Origin: Acidobacteriota bacterium
GTDB lineage: Bacteria; Acidobacteriota; Thermoanaerobaculia; Gp7-AA8
Assembly (NCBI GenBank): GCA_019244185.1
Contig: JAFATB010000005.1
Span: 1 to 64,000, forward strand
Length of the DNA: 64,000 bases
Direction: 5' to 3'
The translations under genes and the position numbers were made by a program. The notes under the pieces are model-generated. The model had not been told where the DNA came from. It was given only the letters and a program-made list of their open reading frames with translations, and did not search any database. This document shows, piece by piece, positions 39,331 through 49,186 of this stretch (position 1 is its first letter; every line of letters starts with the position of its first letter).

Positions 39331-40098
39331 GTGTCTTCGGACCCCCTTCCGTATCGCGAGTTCTACTACCCGCTGAACGTGTTCATGCACATTCTCACGC
39401 ACGAGGAAGGCGGCGTGAGCGCGCTGCACTACGGACTCTTCGCCTCGCCCGATGAAGGGATCGCCGCCGCGCAGGAGCGCTCGACGGCGATGCTGCTCGA
39501 GCGCCTCCCCCCGCCTCCCGCCCGCCTCCTCGAAGCCGGCATCGGCCTCGGCACCACGCTCGAGCTGCTGACGCGCATCGGCTACGACGTCACCGGTATC
39601 ACGCCCGACGCGCAGCAGATCGCGATGGTGAACGAACGCTACGGCGACGCGGTGCGCGTGCGCTGCGCGAAGTTCGAGGAGTTCGACGAAGGCGCGACCT
39701 ACGACGCGATCGTCTTTCAGGAATCGTCGCAGTACATCGCATCCGAGGCGCTGTTCGCGCGGGCGAAAGCGCTCGCGCCGCTCGTCGTCGTGCTCGACGA
39801 GTTCTCGCTGAAGCCGATCGACACGCCCGGTGCGCTGCATGCGCTCTCGGAGTTTCTCGAAGCGGCGGATCGCCACGGGTTCGAGGTCACCGAGGAAGTC
39901 GACCTCTCCGCGCAGGCGGCGCCGTCGATCGACTACTTCACCCAGCGCTTTCCGCGGTATCGCAACGCGCTCATCGCGGACCTCGGCCTCACCAGTCAAC
40001 AGGTTGACGAGTTGATCGCGGGGGGCGTCGTGTACTCGGGACGCTACGCGGACGGCACGTACGGCTATCGCCTGCTGCGCCTCGAACGGCGCACGTGA
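39331..40098 (+). CDS. Class I SAM-dependent methyltransferase (sterol/tocopherol MT-like)
   Basis: LHYGLF..AAQE, LLEAGIGLG and YDAIVFQES. Confidence 0.8.
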   Translation: MSSDPLPYREFYYPLNVFMHILTHEEGGVSALHYGLFASPDEGIAAAQERSTAMLLERLPPPPARLLEAGIGLGTTLELLTRIGYDVTGITPDAQQIAMVNERYGDAVRVRCAKFEEFDEGATYDAIVFQESSQYIASEALFARAKALAPLVVVLDEFSLKPIDTPGALHALSEFLEAADRHGFEVTEEVDLSAQAAPSIDYFTQRFPRYRNALIADLGLTSQQVDELIAGGVVYSGRYADGTYGYRLLRLERRT

Positions 40099-40102
40099 GA
40101 GA

Positions 40103-41161
40103 TCAGCCGCGGCGCGCGAAGACGCAGTCGCGGCACATGAAGTCGTCCGGCGCCTGTTCGAGGCCGTAGACCCACCGCCGGAGCTTCGCCAGCTCGTCGC
40201 CTACGAGCACTTCCGCGATCGTGCTCTGCGTCAGATCGCCGACGACGTACTTTTCGTCGTAGTCCTCGCAGCAGAGCACGCACTTGCCGTGCGGCGTGAT
40301 GTGCAGGTGCTGCAGCGGACGCGAACCGACGTTGTCGCAGCCCGCGAGCGGACGGCTGCGCTCCGATGCCTTCAGTCCGACGTCGAGCCAGCCGGCGCGA
40401 TCCATGACCACGTGCTGCTCGACGCTGAAGCGGCTGCCGGCGTAACGCTCGCGAATCTCGTCGAAGTCGCGCGCGTGCACGTCGTCGCCCGTGCCGAGGA
40501 CGACGATCTTCATCTCGTGCGCGACGGCGCGATGGGCCATGTAGTCGACGTTGCGCACGACCGCCGCGAGATGATCCTCGCCGCGCGTGGCTTTGTAGCG
40601 CTCGCGGTCGAGCGTCGAGAGATTGATGCAGAGGTAGCGCAGCGGACCTTCCGCCGCGAGCGCGTCGGTCTTCGCCGGCGTGAAGCCGGAGCCGTTGCTC
40701 AGCACCGCGACGGGAAAGCCGGCGGCGAACAGTGTCCGGCACTGATCGAGGAAGCGGCGGTCGAGCGTCGGCTCGTTGTAGCTCTGCAGGAACACACTGT
40801 CGAGCGTCGCGCGATACGGCGCGAGCTCGCCGACGATGCGCGCGAACAGCTCGTCCGGCATCGTGTAGTCGGCGCGCGGCGCGATGGACACCGGGCAGAA
40901 GTAGCAGCGCTGATTGCACGTCGTCATCGTCTCGAGCGAGACGATCTTCAGATGATGGCGGCGTGATAAGTCCGCGCCGTTGCGCAGCAGCCAGCCGTCG
41001 CGCTCGAGCTCCGCGTCCTCACGGCCGTCGCGCTGGAACGCGCGGAAGCGCTCGTATGCCCCATCGCCCGGCACCAGCGCGCGATCCGTCAGCGGATCGT
41101 AGACGCGGTGCTCGTCGATGTGCAGAAACGGGCTCGGGCGGAGCATGTGCGCGACCTTCAA
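40103..41161 (-). CDS. Radical SAM protein with SPASM/twitch domain
   Basis: CNQRCYFC (CxxxCxxC), YNEP, GKCVLCCED..VGDL and MCRDC. Confidence 0.9.
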   Translation of the reverse strand: MKVAHMLRPSPFLHIDEHRVYDPLTDRALVPGDGAYERFRAFQRDGREDAELERDGWLLRNGADLSRRHHLKIVSLETMTTCNQRCYFCPVSIAPRADYTMPDELFARIVGELAPYRATLDSVFLQSYNEPTLDRRFLDQCRTLFAAGFPVAVLSNGSGFTPAKTDALAAEGPLRYLCINLSTLDRERYKATRGEDHLAAVVRNVDYMAHRAVAHEMKIVVLGTGDDVHARDFDEIRERYAGSRFSVEQHVVMDRAGWLDVGLKASERSRPLAGCDNVGSRPLQHLHITPHGKCVLCCEDYDEKYVVGDLTQSTIAEVLVGDELAKLRRWVYGLEQAPDDFMCRDCVFARRG

Positions 41162-41215
41162 CGCGAGGAGCGGCGCCGCTGTTCCGCGCGCGCGTTCCGC
41201 GTATCATGCGCCCGC

Positions 41216-42373
41216 ATGCCGACGGCCGTTCTTTATCCGCGCTTCGAGCATCCGGCGATCGAGGAGCGCTACGCCAGCTGGCAGACGCAGATGCTGCTGC
41301 GGCAGGGCGTCGCGCGGCCGAAGCTCGTCTATTACGAGAGCGACGAGCGCGCGTCGGACGTCGTCGCGGACGTCGACGACGAGATCGTCCTCGTCGTCAC
41401 CGATCCACTGCTCCTTCCCCCCGCCGGTCTCATCCCGCGGCTGCGCGACGTGCTCGCATCGAGCGGCGCCGCCGCGGTCGTGCCGGTCGCAAACGAGGCG
41501 CAGCATCCCGCGCAACGCCGCTCGGCCTCCGCGCCGTATCTCACCCTGCGCGAGTTGCAGCAGACGATGGAGACGATGGCGGCGCAGCCGTCCGCCGTCG
41601 AGCGCGTGACGTGGGATCGCTCCGATCCGGGCATTTATCTCTGCCGCGCGGAACTGCTCGATTCGATCGACGCGCCGCTCGCGCTCGCGCTGCAGGGACG
41701 CGACGTCGCGATCTCGACGAACGACTACGTGCATCGCTGGAGCTCGCTGCGCGGGCAGACGCGCTACGACCTCCTCGCGATCATCAGTCCGGAGGCGAAG
41801 TCGATCCTCGAGTTCGGCTGCGGCGAAGCGCCGTTGGGCGAGGCGCTCAAGCGGCGGCAGCGCTGCCGCGTCGTCGGCATCGAGCTCGACGCGGCGGCGG
41901 CCGCGGTGGCGAAGAAGCGCATCGACGCGGTCTATCGCGGCGACGTGCGCGACATCGTGGCCATCCTCGACGAGCAGTTCGAATGGATCATCGGCGGCGA
42001 CATCGTCGAGCACCTCGACGAGCCGTGGTCGTTCCTCGGCGAGCTGCGCCGCGTCAGCGCGCCCGGCGGACATCTCCTGCTCAGCATCCCCAACCTCGCG
42101 AACGCCTCCGTCGTCAGCGACCTGCTGCGGGGGCGCTTCGACTACGTGTACATGGGCCTCACCTGCGTCGGCCACGTGCGCTTCTTCACGAAGCAGTCGA
42201 TCGCCGACATGCTGACCATCGCCGGCTGGACCGTCGTCGAGATCACGCCGCAGGAGCTCGGCGCCGCGCCCGCGCGCGATGAGCTGATCGCCGCGCTCGA
42301 CCGCGCCGGCTTCGCGTACTCGAAAGAAGACCTCGTGCCGACCGGCTACTACGTCGTCGCCCGCAACGGATGA
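41216..42373 (+). CDS. Methyltransferase with degenerate GT2-like N-terminal domain
   Basis: ILEFGCGEA, GDIVEHLDEPW, SIPN and GHVRFFT; start trimmed to ATG at 41216. Confidence 0.78.
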   Translation: MPTAVLYPRFEHPAIEERYASWQTQMLLRQGVARPKLVYYESDERASDVVADVDDEIVLVVTDPLLLPPAGLIPRLRDVLASSGAAAVVPVANEAQHPAQRRSASAPYLTLRELQQTMETMAAQPSAVERVTWDRSDPGIYLCRAELLDSIDAPLALALQGRDVAISTNDYVHRWSSLRGQTRYDLLAIISPEAKSILEFGCGEAPLGEALKRRQRCRVVGIELDAAAAAVAKKRIDAVYRGDVRDIVAILDEQFEWIIGGDIVEHLDEPWSFLGELRRVSAPGGHLLLSIPNLANASVVSDLLRGRFDYVYMGLTCVGHVRFFTKQSIADMLTIAGWTVVEITPQELGAAPARDELIAALDRAGFAYSKEDLVPTGYYVVARNG

Positions 42374-43365
42374 ACATTTCCTATCTCGTCGAAGACACCG
42401 CGCAGTCGGGAGGCGTGCGCGTGCAGCTCATGCAGGCCGACGCGCTCATCGCGCGCGGACATCGCGTGCGGCTCGTGACGAAAGGCCTGCCGCTGACGTG
42501 GCGCAGCTCGCGCGCGGAGTGGGTCTACGTCGACGACTTCCGCCACTACGACGCGCGCGACCAGGACTTCGTCGTCGGCACGTTCTGGCCGACGGTGCCG
42601 CACGCGTACGAGATCGCCGGCACGCGCGCGGTGCATCTCTGCCAGGGCTACGAGGGCGCTTTCTCCGCGTACGCACCGATCCGCGATCAGATCGAGGCCG
42701 CGTACCGGCTGCCGATTCCGAAGCTCGTCGTCGCCAAATCGCTCGTGCCGGTCTGCCGTCAATTTACGGATGACGTGACGTACGTCGGGCAGATCGTCGA
42801 GGAGGAGTTCTACCGTGCCGTCACGCCGCGCGAGCATGAACCACCGCGCGTGCTGCTTTCCGGACAGGCGCAGGGCGACATGAAAGGCATTCCGGAAGGC
42901 TACGGTGCCGTCGCGCACGCGCGCTGGTTCCACCAGACGCTCGACCTCGTGCGCGTGTCGCCGTGGGTGCCGTCGCGCGAGGAGCCGCTCGACGCCGTGC
43001 AGGAGTTCCACGTCGGCCTCACGACCGCCGAGATGACGCGCCTCATGCATTCGTGCGACGTGCTTCTCGCGCCGAACCATCGCGAGGAAGGCTTCGGCTT
43101 GCCCGCGGCGGAGGCGATGGCGTCGGGGATTCCGTGCATCGTGACGGCGATCCCGTCGTATCTCTCGTTCGATGACGTCCACGATTACGCGCTGTTCGCG
43201 CCTGAAGAGAACGCGGTGGAGCTCGGCGAGCGCCTCATCGAACTGCTGAGCGATGCGGATTTGCGCGAACGCCTGCGCACGCGCGGGCGGGAGGTGGCGG
43301 AACAGTGGCGCGCCGAGCACGTCGCCGCGCGGCTGGAGAAGTTTTTCGAGGAGCGGCGGAGTTAG
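42370..43365 (+). CDS. GT4 family glycosyltransferase
   Basis: SGGVRV, TFWPT..QGYE and EGFGLPAAEAMASG. Confidence 0.9.
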   Translation: MNISYLVEDTAQSGGVRVQLMQADALIARGHRVRLVTKGLPLTWRSSRAEWVYVDDFRHYDARDQDFVVGTFWPTVPHAYEIAGTRAVHLCQGYEGAFSAYAPIRDQIEAAYRLPIPKLVVAKSLVPVCRQFTDDVTYVGQIVEEEFYRAVTPREHEPPRVLLSGQAQGDMKGIPEGYGAVAHARWFHQTLDLVRVSPWVPSREEPLDAVQEFHVGLTTAEMTRLMHSCDVLLAPNHREEGFGLPAAEAMASGIPCIVTAIPSYLSFDDVHDYALFAPEENAVELGERLIELLSDADLRERLRTRGREVAEQWRAEHVAARLEKFFEERRS

Positions 43366-43375
43366 AATTTCGGCG

Positions 43376-43606
43376 ATGGAAGAAGGTTACTTCGGCACCA
43401 AGGAAGAGATCCTCGCACGACTCGAGGCGTTCCGGAAGTTCAACGAGTGGGAGATGGAGAACATCCCCGACTGGTCGCCTGAGCAAGCGCTGGCGTTGAC
43501 CGACGAGCTCTACTCGATGATGCCGGAAGAGGCTCGCATGGAGCGCGAGGATCCCACGTACGAGGGTGCACGGTGGATGATGTCGGTGCTGGCTCGGCTG
43601 AAATAA
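43376..43606 (+). CDS. Small hypothetical protein (76 aa), possible antitoxin partner
   Basis: ATG at 43376, 7 nt after TAGAAT; overlaps the following nucleotidyltransferase gene. Confidence 0.6.
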   Translation: MEEGYFGTKEEILARLEAFRKFNEWEMENIPDWSPEQALALTDELYSMMPEEARMEREDPTYEGARWMMSVLARLK

Positions 43607-44157
43607 AGCCGCGCCTCGAAAAAGCGCTCGTCGACATTGCGTCGTGTTTCGATGCGGCGGGTATCGATTACATGGTCATCGGCGGCATGGCCAATTCTAT
43701 CTGGGGCAATGCGCGCGCAACGACGGACGTCGACATCACGGTTGCGATCGATCGCGAGCACGTGCGCGAGGTGTTCGCCGCGCTGGGCAATCGCGTTGCC
43801 AGAGTCCCGCCGGATCTCGCCGAGTATCTCGCTGGCGGCGTTCTGCCGTTTACGCACCGCATCGAGGTCCATGTCGATTTGCTGCTGTCGCGGCATCCGT
43901 ACGCGCGCGCCGCAATCGAGCGCGCGGTCACGATCAAGGTGCTACGGAAGCCTGTGAAGTTCTGCACCGCGGAAGATCTCGTTCTTCACAAGATCATCTC
44001 GGAACGCGATCGTGATCAGCGCGACGTCGAAGCCATCCTTCGCCGCCGCCGAAAGACGCTCGATCGCGAGTACCTCGATCCGCACGTGCACGAGCTCGCG
44101 GTGATGCTCGATCGCCCTGAAATCGAGCAGACGTATCGTCGGCTGATGGACCGCTGA
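43573..44157 (+). CDS. Nucleotidyltransferase (DUF6036/AbiEii-like)
   Basis: YMVIGGMA..RATTDVD, VDLL and EDLVLHKI..RDRDQRD. Confidence 0.8.
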   Translation: MDDVGAGSAEIKPRLEKALVDIASCFDAAGIDYMVIGGMANSIWGNARATTDVDITVAIDREHVREVFAALGNRVARVPPDLAEYLAGGVLPFTHRIEVHVDLLLSRHPYARAAIERAVTIKVLRKPVKFCTAEDLVLHKIISERDRDQRDVEAILRRRRKTLDREYLDPHVHELAVMLDRPEIEQTYRRLMDR

Positions 44158-44209
44158 GACAGCGGCCCGCGTCTCGCATGACACTCCGCGCGGCGCGTCC
44201 GCGCAACCC

Positions 44210-44227
44210 TTGTGAAAAGTTTCTCAA
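44210..44227. promoter_or_regulatory. Rex operator upstream of nuoB
   Basis: TTGTGAA-AAGT-TTCTCAA, one mismatch to consensus; just upstream of -10 TAGAAT (44235-44240). Confidence 0.78.
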
Positions 44228-44272
44228 AATCGCATAGAATCGCGTTCCCGCCTCGTGTTACCGAGCTAAGTT

Positions 44273-44863
44273 ATGCCAGTTCAGAAGATTGACACTCCCA
44301 ACTCGATCATCCCGCGCAAGGCCGGCGTCGCTCCGGGCGAAGGGCCGGAGAAGGGTCTCATCACCCTCCCCGGCGAGGCCGCGCGCGACACCGGCGACGA
44401 CCTCGGCGGCGCCACGTACCTCACGACCAAGCTCGATCAGGTCGTCAACTGGGCGCGCGGCAACTCGCTCTGGCCGCTCCCCTTCGGCACCGCCTGCTGC
44501 GCCATCGAGTTCATGTCGATGGTCTCGTCGCATTACGACATCTCGCGCTTCGGCGCCGAGGTCGTGCGCTTCTCGCCACGCCAGGCCGATCTCATGATCG
44601 TGGCCGGCACGATCGTCGACAAGATCGCGCCCGTGCTCAAGACGATCTACGACCAGATGCCCGAGCCGAAGTACGTCATCGCCATGGGCGCGTGCGCGAC
44701 GTCGGGCGGCTTCTACCGCGCCTATCACGTCGTGCAGGGCATCGACGAGATCGTGCCGGTCGACATGTGGGTGCCCGGCTGCCCGCCGACGCCGGACGGT
44801 CTCATGTACGCGATCCTCAAGCTGAAAGAGAAGATCGAGCGCGGGGAGATCCGCAGAGGATGA
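44273..44863 (+). CDS. nuoB: NADH-quinone oxidoreductase subunit B
   Basis: [32 protein letters not shown] and VPGCPP. Confidence 0.96.
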   Translation: MPVQKIDTPNSIIPRKAGVAPGEGPEKGLITLPGEAARDTGDDLGGATYLTTKLDQVVNWARGNSLWPLPFGTACCAIEFMSMVSSHYDISRFGAEVVRFSPRQADLMIVAGTIVDKIAPVLKTIYDQMPEPKYVIAMGACATSGGFYRAYHVVQGIDEIVPVDMWVPGCPPTPDGLMYAILKLKEKIERGEIRRG

Positions 44864-46644
44864 GCACCCTAACGAAACTGAGCGCGATCCCCTACACCGG
44901 TCCCGCGCCGACCAACCGCAACGTCTACACGCCCACCGAAGCGCCGGCCGCCGACGCGCGCGGCGAAGCGATCCTCGCGGCGCTCAATCTCTCCGCGCTG
45001 ACGCAGGAGCGCGGACAGGATCTGCCGACGTTCATCGTCGATCGCGCCGAGATCATCAACGTCCTGCGCGCGCTGCACGACCACGCGTCGCTGCAGTTCA
45101 CGCTGCCGCTCGAGCTCTTCGCCGTCGACTATCCGAATCGCGAGCAGCGCTTCGACGTCGTCTATCAGCTCTACTCGCTCGCCAACAACGAGCGCGTACG
45201 CCTCAAAGTGCGGCTCGCCGACGGCGAAACGCTCGCGACGAGCAGCGGCGTCTATCAGGCATACGACTGGTTCGAGCGCGAGATCTTCGACATGTTCGGC
45301 ATCCGCTTCGACGGCCATCCGAACCTGCGCCGCATCCTCACGCACGAGAACTTCCAGGGCCACGCGCTGCGCAAGGATTACGACCCCGCGCAACGCTGGC
45401 TGCTCACCGACGCAGGCATCGCCACGATCCACCCGAAGATCGCGCCGCAGTTCGTGCAGGAAGAGGAAGACTCGGACTTCGAGCGCGTGACGCTCAACCT
45501 CGGCCCGTCGCATCCCGCGACGCACGGAACGCTGCGCATCGTGACGACGCTCGACGGCGAGACCATCGTCGGCGCCGACTGCGAGATCGGCTACCTCCAC
45601 CGCTGCTTCGAGAAGATGTCGGAGACGCACACCTATCAGCAGGTGATCCCGTACACCGACCGCCTCAACTACTGCTCGGCGATCATCAACAACGTCGGCT
45701 ACTGCATGACCGTCGAGAAGATGCTCGGCGTTACGGCGCCGGAGCGCGCGCAGCACGTGCGCCTCATCCTCTCCGAGTTCTACCGCATCTCCGATCACAT
45801 CATCTGCATCGGCACGAACCTCGTCGACATGGGCGCGCTGACGAACTTCTGGTGGCTGTTCCAGCCGCGCGAAGAGATCATCGCCCTCGCCGAGTCGTGC
45901 AGCGGCGCGCGTCTGCTGCCGAGCTACCTGCGCATCGGCGGACTCGCCGTCGACGTGCCGTCGGACTTTCTCGCCAACGCGCAGCGCATCGTGAACATGC
46001 TCCCGCGCTACATCGACGACGTCGAGGCGCTGGTGATGAAGAACCGCATCTTCCGCGACCGCGTCGAAGGCGTCGGCGTGATCTCGCGCGAAGACGCGAT
46101 CAACTTCGGCTTCACCGGTCCGTGCCTCCGCGCGACCGGCGTTCCTTTCGACGTCCGCAAGTCGAACCCCTACCTCGGCTACGAAACCTACGATTGGGAC
46201 GTGCCCGTCGCCGAAGGCGGCGATACGTTCGCGCGCTTCCTCGTGCGCTTCGAAGAGATGCGCCAGTCGCTGCGCATCCTGCAGCAGGCCATCGATCGCG
46301 GCCTGCCGCCGGGACCGGTGATGGTCGACAACCCGTACGTGGCGCTCCCTCCGAAGGCGAAGGTCTACAACGAGATGGAGTCGCTCATCTATCACTTCAA
46401 GCTGATCATGCACGGCATCCAGCCGCCGGTCGGCGAAGCGTACTTCCAGGTCGAAGGCGGCAACGGCGAAGTCGGCTTCTACATCGTCTCCGACGGCACG
46501 AAGCACCCGTACCGCGTGCGCGCGCGTCCGCCGTGCTTCCCGATCTTCGAGGCGTATTCGAAGATGATCACCGGCCAGACGATCCCCGACGCCATCGCCG
46601 CGCTCGGATCGCTCAACATCATCGCTGGGGAGCTCGACCGCTAA
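44860..46644 (+). CDS. nuoCD: Fused NADH-quinone oxidoreductase subunit C/D
   Basis: ATG at 44860; [19 protein letters not shown] (C part); [21 protein letters not shown] and GELDR (D part). Confidence 0.95.
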   Translation: MSTLTKLSAIPYTGPAPTNRNVYTPTEAPAADARGEAILAALNLSALTQERGQDLPTFIVDRAEIINVLRALHDHASLQFTLPLELFAVDYPNREQRFDVVYQLYSLANNERVRLKVRLADGETLATSSGVYQAYDWFEREIFDMFGIRFDGHPNLRRILTHENFQGHALRKDYDPAQRWLLTDAGIATIHPKIAPQFVQEEEDSDFERVTLNLGPSHPATHGTLRIVTTLDGETIVGADCEIGYLHRCFEKMSETHTYQQVIPYTDRLNYCSAIINNVGYCMTVEKMLGVTAPERAQHVRLILSEFYRISDHIICIGTNLVDMGALTNFWWLFQPREEIIALAESCSGARLLPSYLRIGGLAVDVPSDFLANAQRIVNMLPRYIDDVEALVMKNRIFRDRVEGVGVISREDAINFGFTGPCLRATGVPFDVRKSNPYLGYETYDWDVPVAEGGDTFARFLVRFEEMRQSLRILQQAIDRGLPPGPVMVDNPYVALPPKAKVYNEMESLIYHFKLIMHGIQPPVGEAYFQVEGGNGEVGFYIVSDGTKHPYRVRARPPCFPIFEAYSKMITGQTIPDAIAALGSLNIIAGELDR

Positions 46645-47288
46645 TGCCCACTACCCGTCTCTCGCCCGGCGTCGTCCGAGTCGAGCGTCAGTCGATGACG
46701 TTCTCGGAGCGTTTGTATCTGCCGCAGGTCATCGGCGGCATGTTCCGCACGCTGAAGCACCTGACCAAGAATCTCTTCAACATCAAAGGACTGCCGACGA
46801 TCTCGTATCCCGAGGTCAAGCGCGTGTACTCGGAGCGCTTCCGCGGACGGCACATCCTCACGAGCCGCGAGGACGGCACGACGCGCTGCGTCGCCTGCTA
46901 CATGTGCTCGACCGCGTGTCCCGCGGAGTGCATCACGATCGAGGCGGGCGAAGACCAGCGCACGCGCGAAAAGTTCCCGGTGCGCTACGACATCGATCTG
47001 CTGCGCTGCGTCTTCTGCGGCTACTGCGTCGATGCGTGTCCCGAGGATGCGATCTACATGACGCGCGACTACGAGATGGCCATCGACACGCGCGCGCGCG
47101 CCGTCGTCGGTCTGCGCGATCTCGTCGTGCCGCCGAATTTCCCCGTCGGTCCGATGGGCTGGCGTCCGTATTACGGCGCGATCGAAAAGCACGGCACCGC
47201 GGGCGGCACCGGCATCGGCCAGCCGCTGCGCACCGCGCCGTACGAAGACGACGCGCCGCCCAATCCGGACCTCTATCGCGGCGCGTAG
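46644..47288 (+). CDS. nuoI: NADH-quinone oxidoreductase subunit I
   Basis: ATG at 46644; RFRGRH, CVACYMCSTACP and CVFCGYCVDACP. Confidence 0.95.
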   Translation: MPTTRLSPGVVRVERQSMTFSERLYLPQVIGGMFRTLKHLTKNLFNIKGLPTISYPEVKRVYSERFRGRHILTSREDGTTRCVACYMCSTACPAECITIEAGEDQRTREKFPVRYDIDLLRCVFCGYCVDACPEDAIYMTRDYEMAIDTRARAVVGLRDLVVPPNFPVGPMGWRPYYGAIEKHGTAGGTGIGQPLRTAPYEDDAPPNPDLYRGA

Positions 47289-47321
47289 GTACGGGCGCAG
47301 AGCTATGATGCTCCCGGGTCG

Positions 47322-47783
47322 ATGAAACCGCTCGAAACGACGGTCGAGGAAGTGCTCCGCGAAGCGATTCAGTCGGAAGCGGAGACGCGCGTCTATTACC
47401 AGAAAATGGCCGAACGCGCGGCGACCGCCGAGGTGCGCAATCGCTTGCTGCAGCTCGCGGACCTCGAGCTCGTGCATCGCGCGAAGCTCGAGCGGCGTTA
47501 CCGCGATCTCGTCGGCAACAATCCGCCGGAGCCCGCGCCCGTCTCGCTGGAACTGCCGCTGGACATGAGCGATCTCGATCTCAGCCGCGCGCTGAAGTAC
47601 GCGCTGGAACGCGAGCGCGACTCCGAAAGCCACTATCGCTTTCTCGCCGAGCGCGTTCCCACGACGACCGACCTCGGCCGGCTCTTCATGGAGCTCGCCG
47701 AGATCGAGTGGAAGCACAAGACCGATCTGCAGGCCGAGTACAACGCCGCGGCCGAGCCCGACCGGTTCCTCCTCGACATGTAG
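47322..47783 (+). CDS. Ferritin-like (rubrerythrin/erythrin-type) di-iron protein
   Basis: Two E..Y..ExxH halves: EAETRVYY..ELVH and ERDSESHY..EWKH. Confidence 0.82.
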   Translation: MKPLETTVEEVLREAIQSEAETRVYYQKMAERAATAEVRNRLLQLADLELVHRAKLERRYRDLVGNNPPEPAPVSLELPLDMSDLDLSRALKYALERERDSESHYRFLAERVPTTTDLGRLFMELAEIEWKHKTDLQAEYNAAAEPDRFLLDM

Positions 47784-47787
47784 CCCG

Positions 47788-47829
47788 AAAACAGTTCAGG
47801 GGAGCGACGCCGAGCATCGCTCCCCCGAA
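47788..47829 (-). terminator. Intrinsic terminator, minus-strand orientation
   Basis: 16-bp stem TTCGGGGGAGCGATGC/GCGTCGCTCCCCTGAA whose two mismatches are G-U only on the minus strand, followed by CTGTTTT. Confidence 0.7.
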
Positions 47830-47932
47830 TCTGCTCTCTCTCATACAACACGCTGCCGGTTCTCGACGATGCGTTGTATTTCGAAGATGAAGTGTAGGCG
47901 GCGGTGGTGATTCGCCCGTTGCGCCACCATAA
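47788..47932 (-). ncRNA. Candidate small RNA (or 29-aa peptide ORF 47841..47930)
   Basis: TTGACA at 47964-47959 upstream, two internal hairpins and a strand-specific terminator; -10 is weak. Confidence 0.4.
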
Positions 47933-48034
47933 AAAAGTGGTGAGCGGGAACGCGCGGGTGTCAAAAGCGTGAGCTTCGCGTCGGATGCGCGTCAGCGAAC
48001 CGCAAAACGCGCCAATCGCCGTAGAATCCGCGTG

Positions 48035-49186
48035 ATGCCGGAGACGATCTACCTCGACAACAACGCCACCACGCGCGTCGCCGACGAGGTGATCGCGGCG
48101 ATGACTCCCTACTATCGCGAGCTCTACGGCAACGCGCACGCGATCCATCGTCTCGGCCGCAGTTCGCACGACGCCGTCGAAGACGCGCGAGCCGAGCTCG
48201 CCCTACTTCTCGGATGCAGCGCGGGCGAAGTGATCTTCACGAGCTGCGGCACCGAGGGAAACGCGATGGTGCTGCGCGGCCTCGTCGATCGGCATCCCGA
48301 TCGCCGGCGCGTCGTCACGACCGCGGTCGAGCATCCGTCCGTGCTCACGCTGCTGCGCGCGCTCGAACGCGAAGGTGAGATCGAGCTCGTGGTCGTGCCG
48401 GTCGATACGCACGGCGCGATCGATCTCGACGCGATGCGTGACGCGATCGGCGACCGCACGCTGCTTGTCTCCGTGATGCTCGCGCAGAACGAGACGGGCG
48501 TGCTGCATCCCGTCGCGGAGATCGCGGAGCTCGCGCACGCGCGCGGCGCGTACGTGCATGTTGACGCCGTGCAGGCCGCGGGAAAAGTGCCGCTCGCGCA
48601 GCACGAGCTCGGCGCCGACTTCCTCACGATCTCGGGACACAAGTTCCACGCGCCGAAAGGCATCGGCGCGCTGGCGATCCGCAAGGGTCTCGCGCTTCAG
48701 CCGCTCTGGTACGGCGGCGGTCAGGAGCTCGGCATGCGCTCCGGCACCGAGCCCGTGCCGTCGATCGTCGGCTTCGCCGCGGCCGCGCGACTTGCGCGCG
48801 AAGCGCTCGCGCAGTACGACCGCGTGCGCGCGCTGCGCGATCGTCTCGAAGCCGCGATCGCGCAGCGCGTCGACGAGACGACCGTCAACGGCGCGACGCA
48901 GCCGCGCCTCGGCAACACGGCGAACATCTCGTTCCACGACGCATACGCCGACGAGATCGTGCGCGCGCTCGATGCGGAAGGCGTGTGCGTCTCCGCCGGC
49001 GCCGCGTGTCATTCGGGCAACGTCGAACCGAGCGGCACGATGAAGGCGATGCGCCTGCCGCTGCGCGTCGCGATGGGCGCGGTGCGTTTCTCGCTCTCGC
49101 GCTACACCACTGTCGAAGAGATCGACCGCGCCATCGACGTGGTGTGCGCGGTCGTGCCGAACCTCCGCCAGGCCGTTGCACCATGA
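48035..49186 (+). CDS. Cysteine desulfurase (IscS/NifS group I)
   Basis: IYLDNNATT, FTSCGTE, EHPSV, HVDAVQA, SGHKFHAPKG (PLP lysine) and SAGAACHSG. Confidence 0.93.
   Translation: MPETIYLDNNATTRVADEVIAAMTPYYRELYGNAHAIHRLGRSSHDAVEDARAELALLLGCSAGEVIFTSCGTEGNAMVLRGLVDRHPDRRRVVTTAVEHPSVLTLLRALEREGEIELVVVPVDTHGAIDLDAMRDAIGDRTLLVSVMLAQNETGVLHPVAEIAELAHARGAYVHVDAVQAAGKVPLAQHELGADFLTISGHKFHAPKGIGALAIRKGLALQPLWYGGGQELGMRSGTEPVPSIVGFAAAARLAREALAQYDRVRALRDRLEAAIAQRVDETTVNGATQPRLGNTANISFHDAYADEIVRALDAEGVCVSAGAACHSGNVEPSGTMKAMRLPLRVAMGAVRFSLSRYTTVEEIDRAIDVVCAVVPNLRQAVAP

Noticed and set aside
40103-41161. RiPP cluster around the radical SAM/SPASM gene
   Set aside because: No precursor peptide, peptidase or exporter is visible, and the neighbours are glycosyl- and methyltransferases.
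47788-47932. tRNA, 6S, SRP or known riboswitch identity for the intergenic structured region
   Set aside because: No cloverleaf, T-loop or recognisable conserved motif was seen; kept only as an unclassified candidate.
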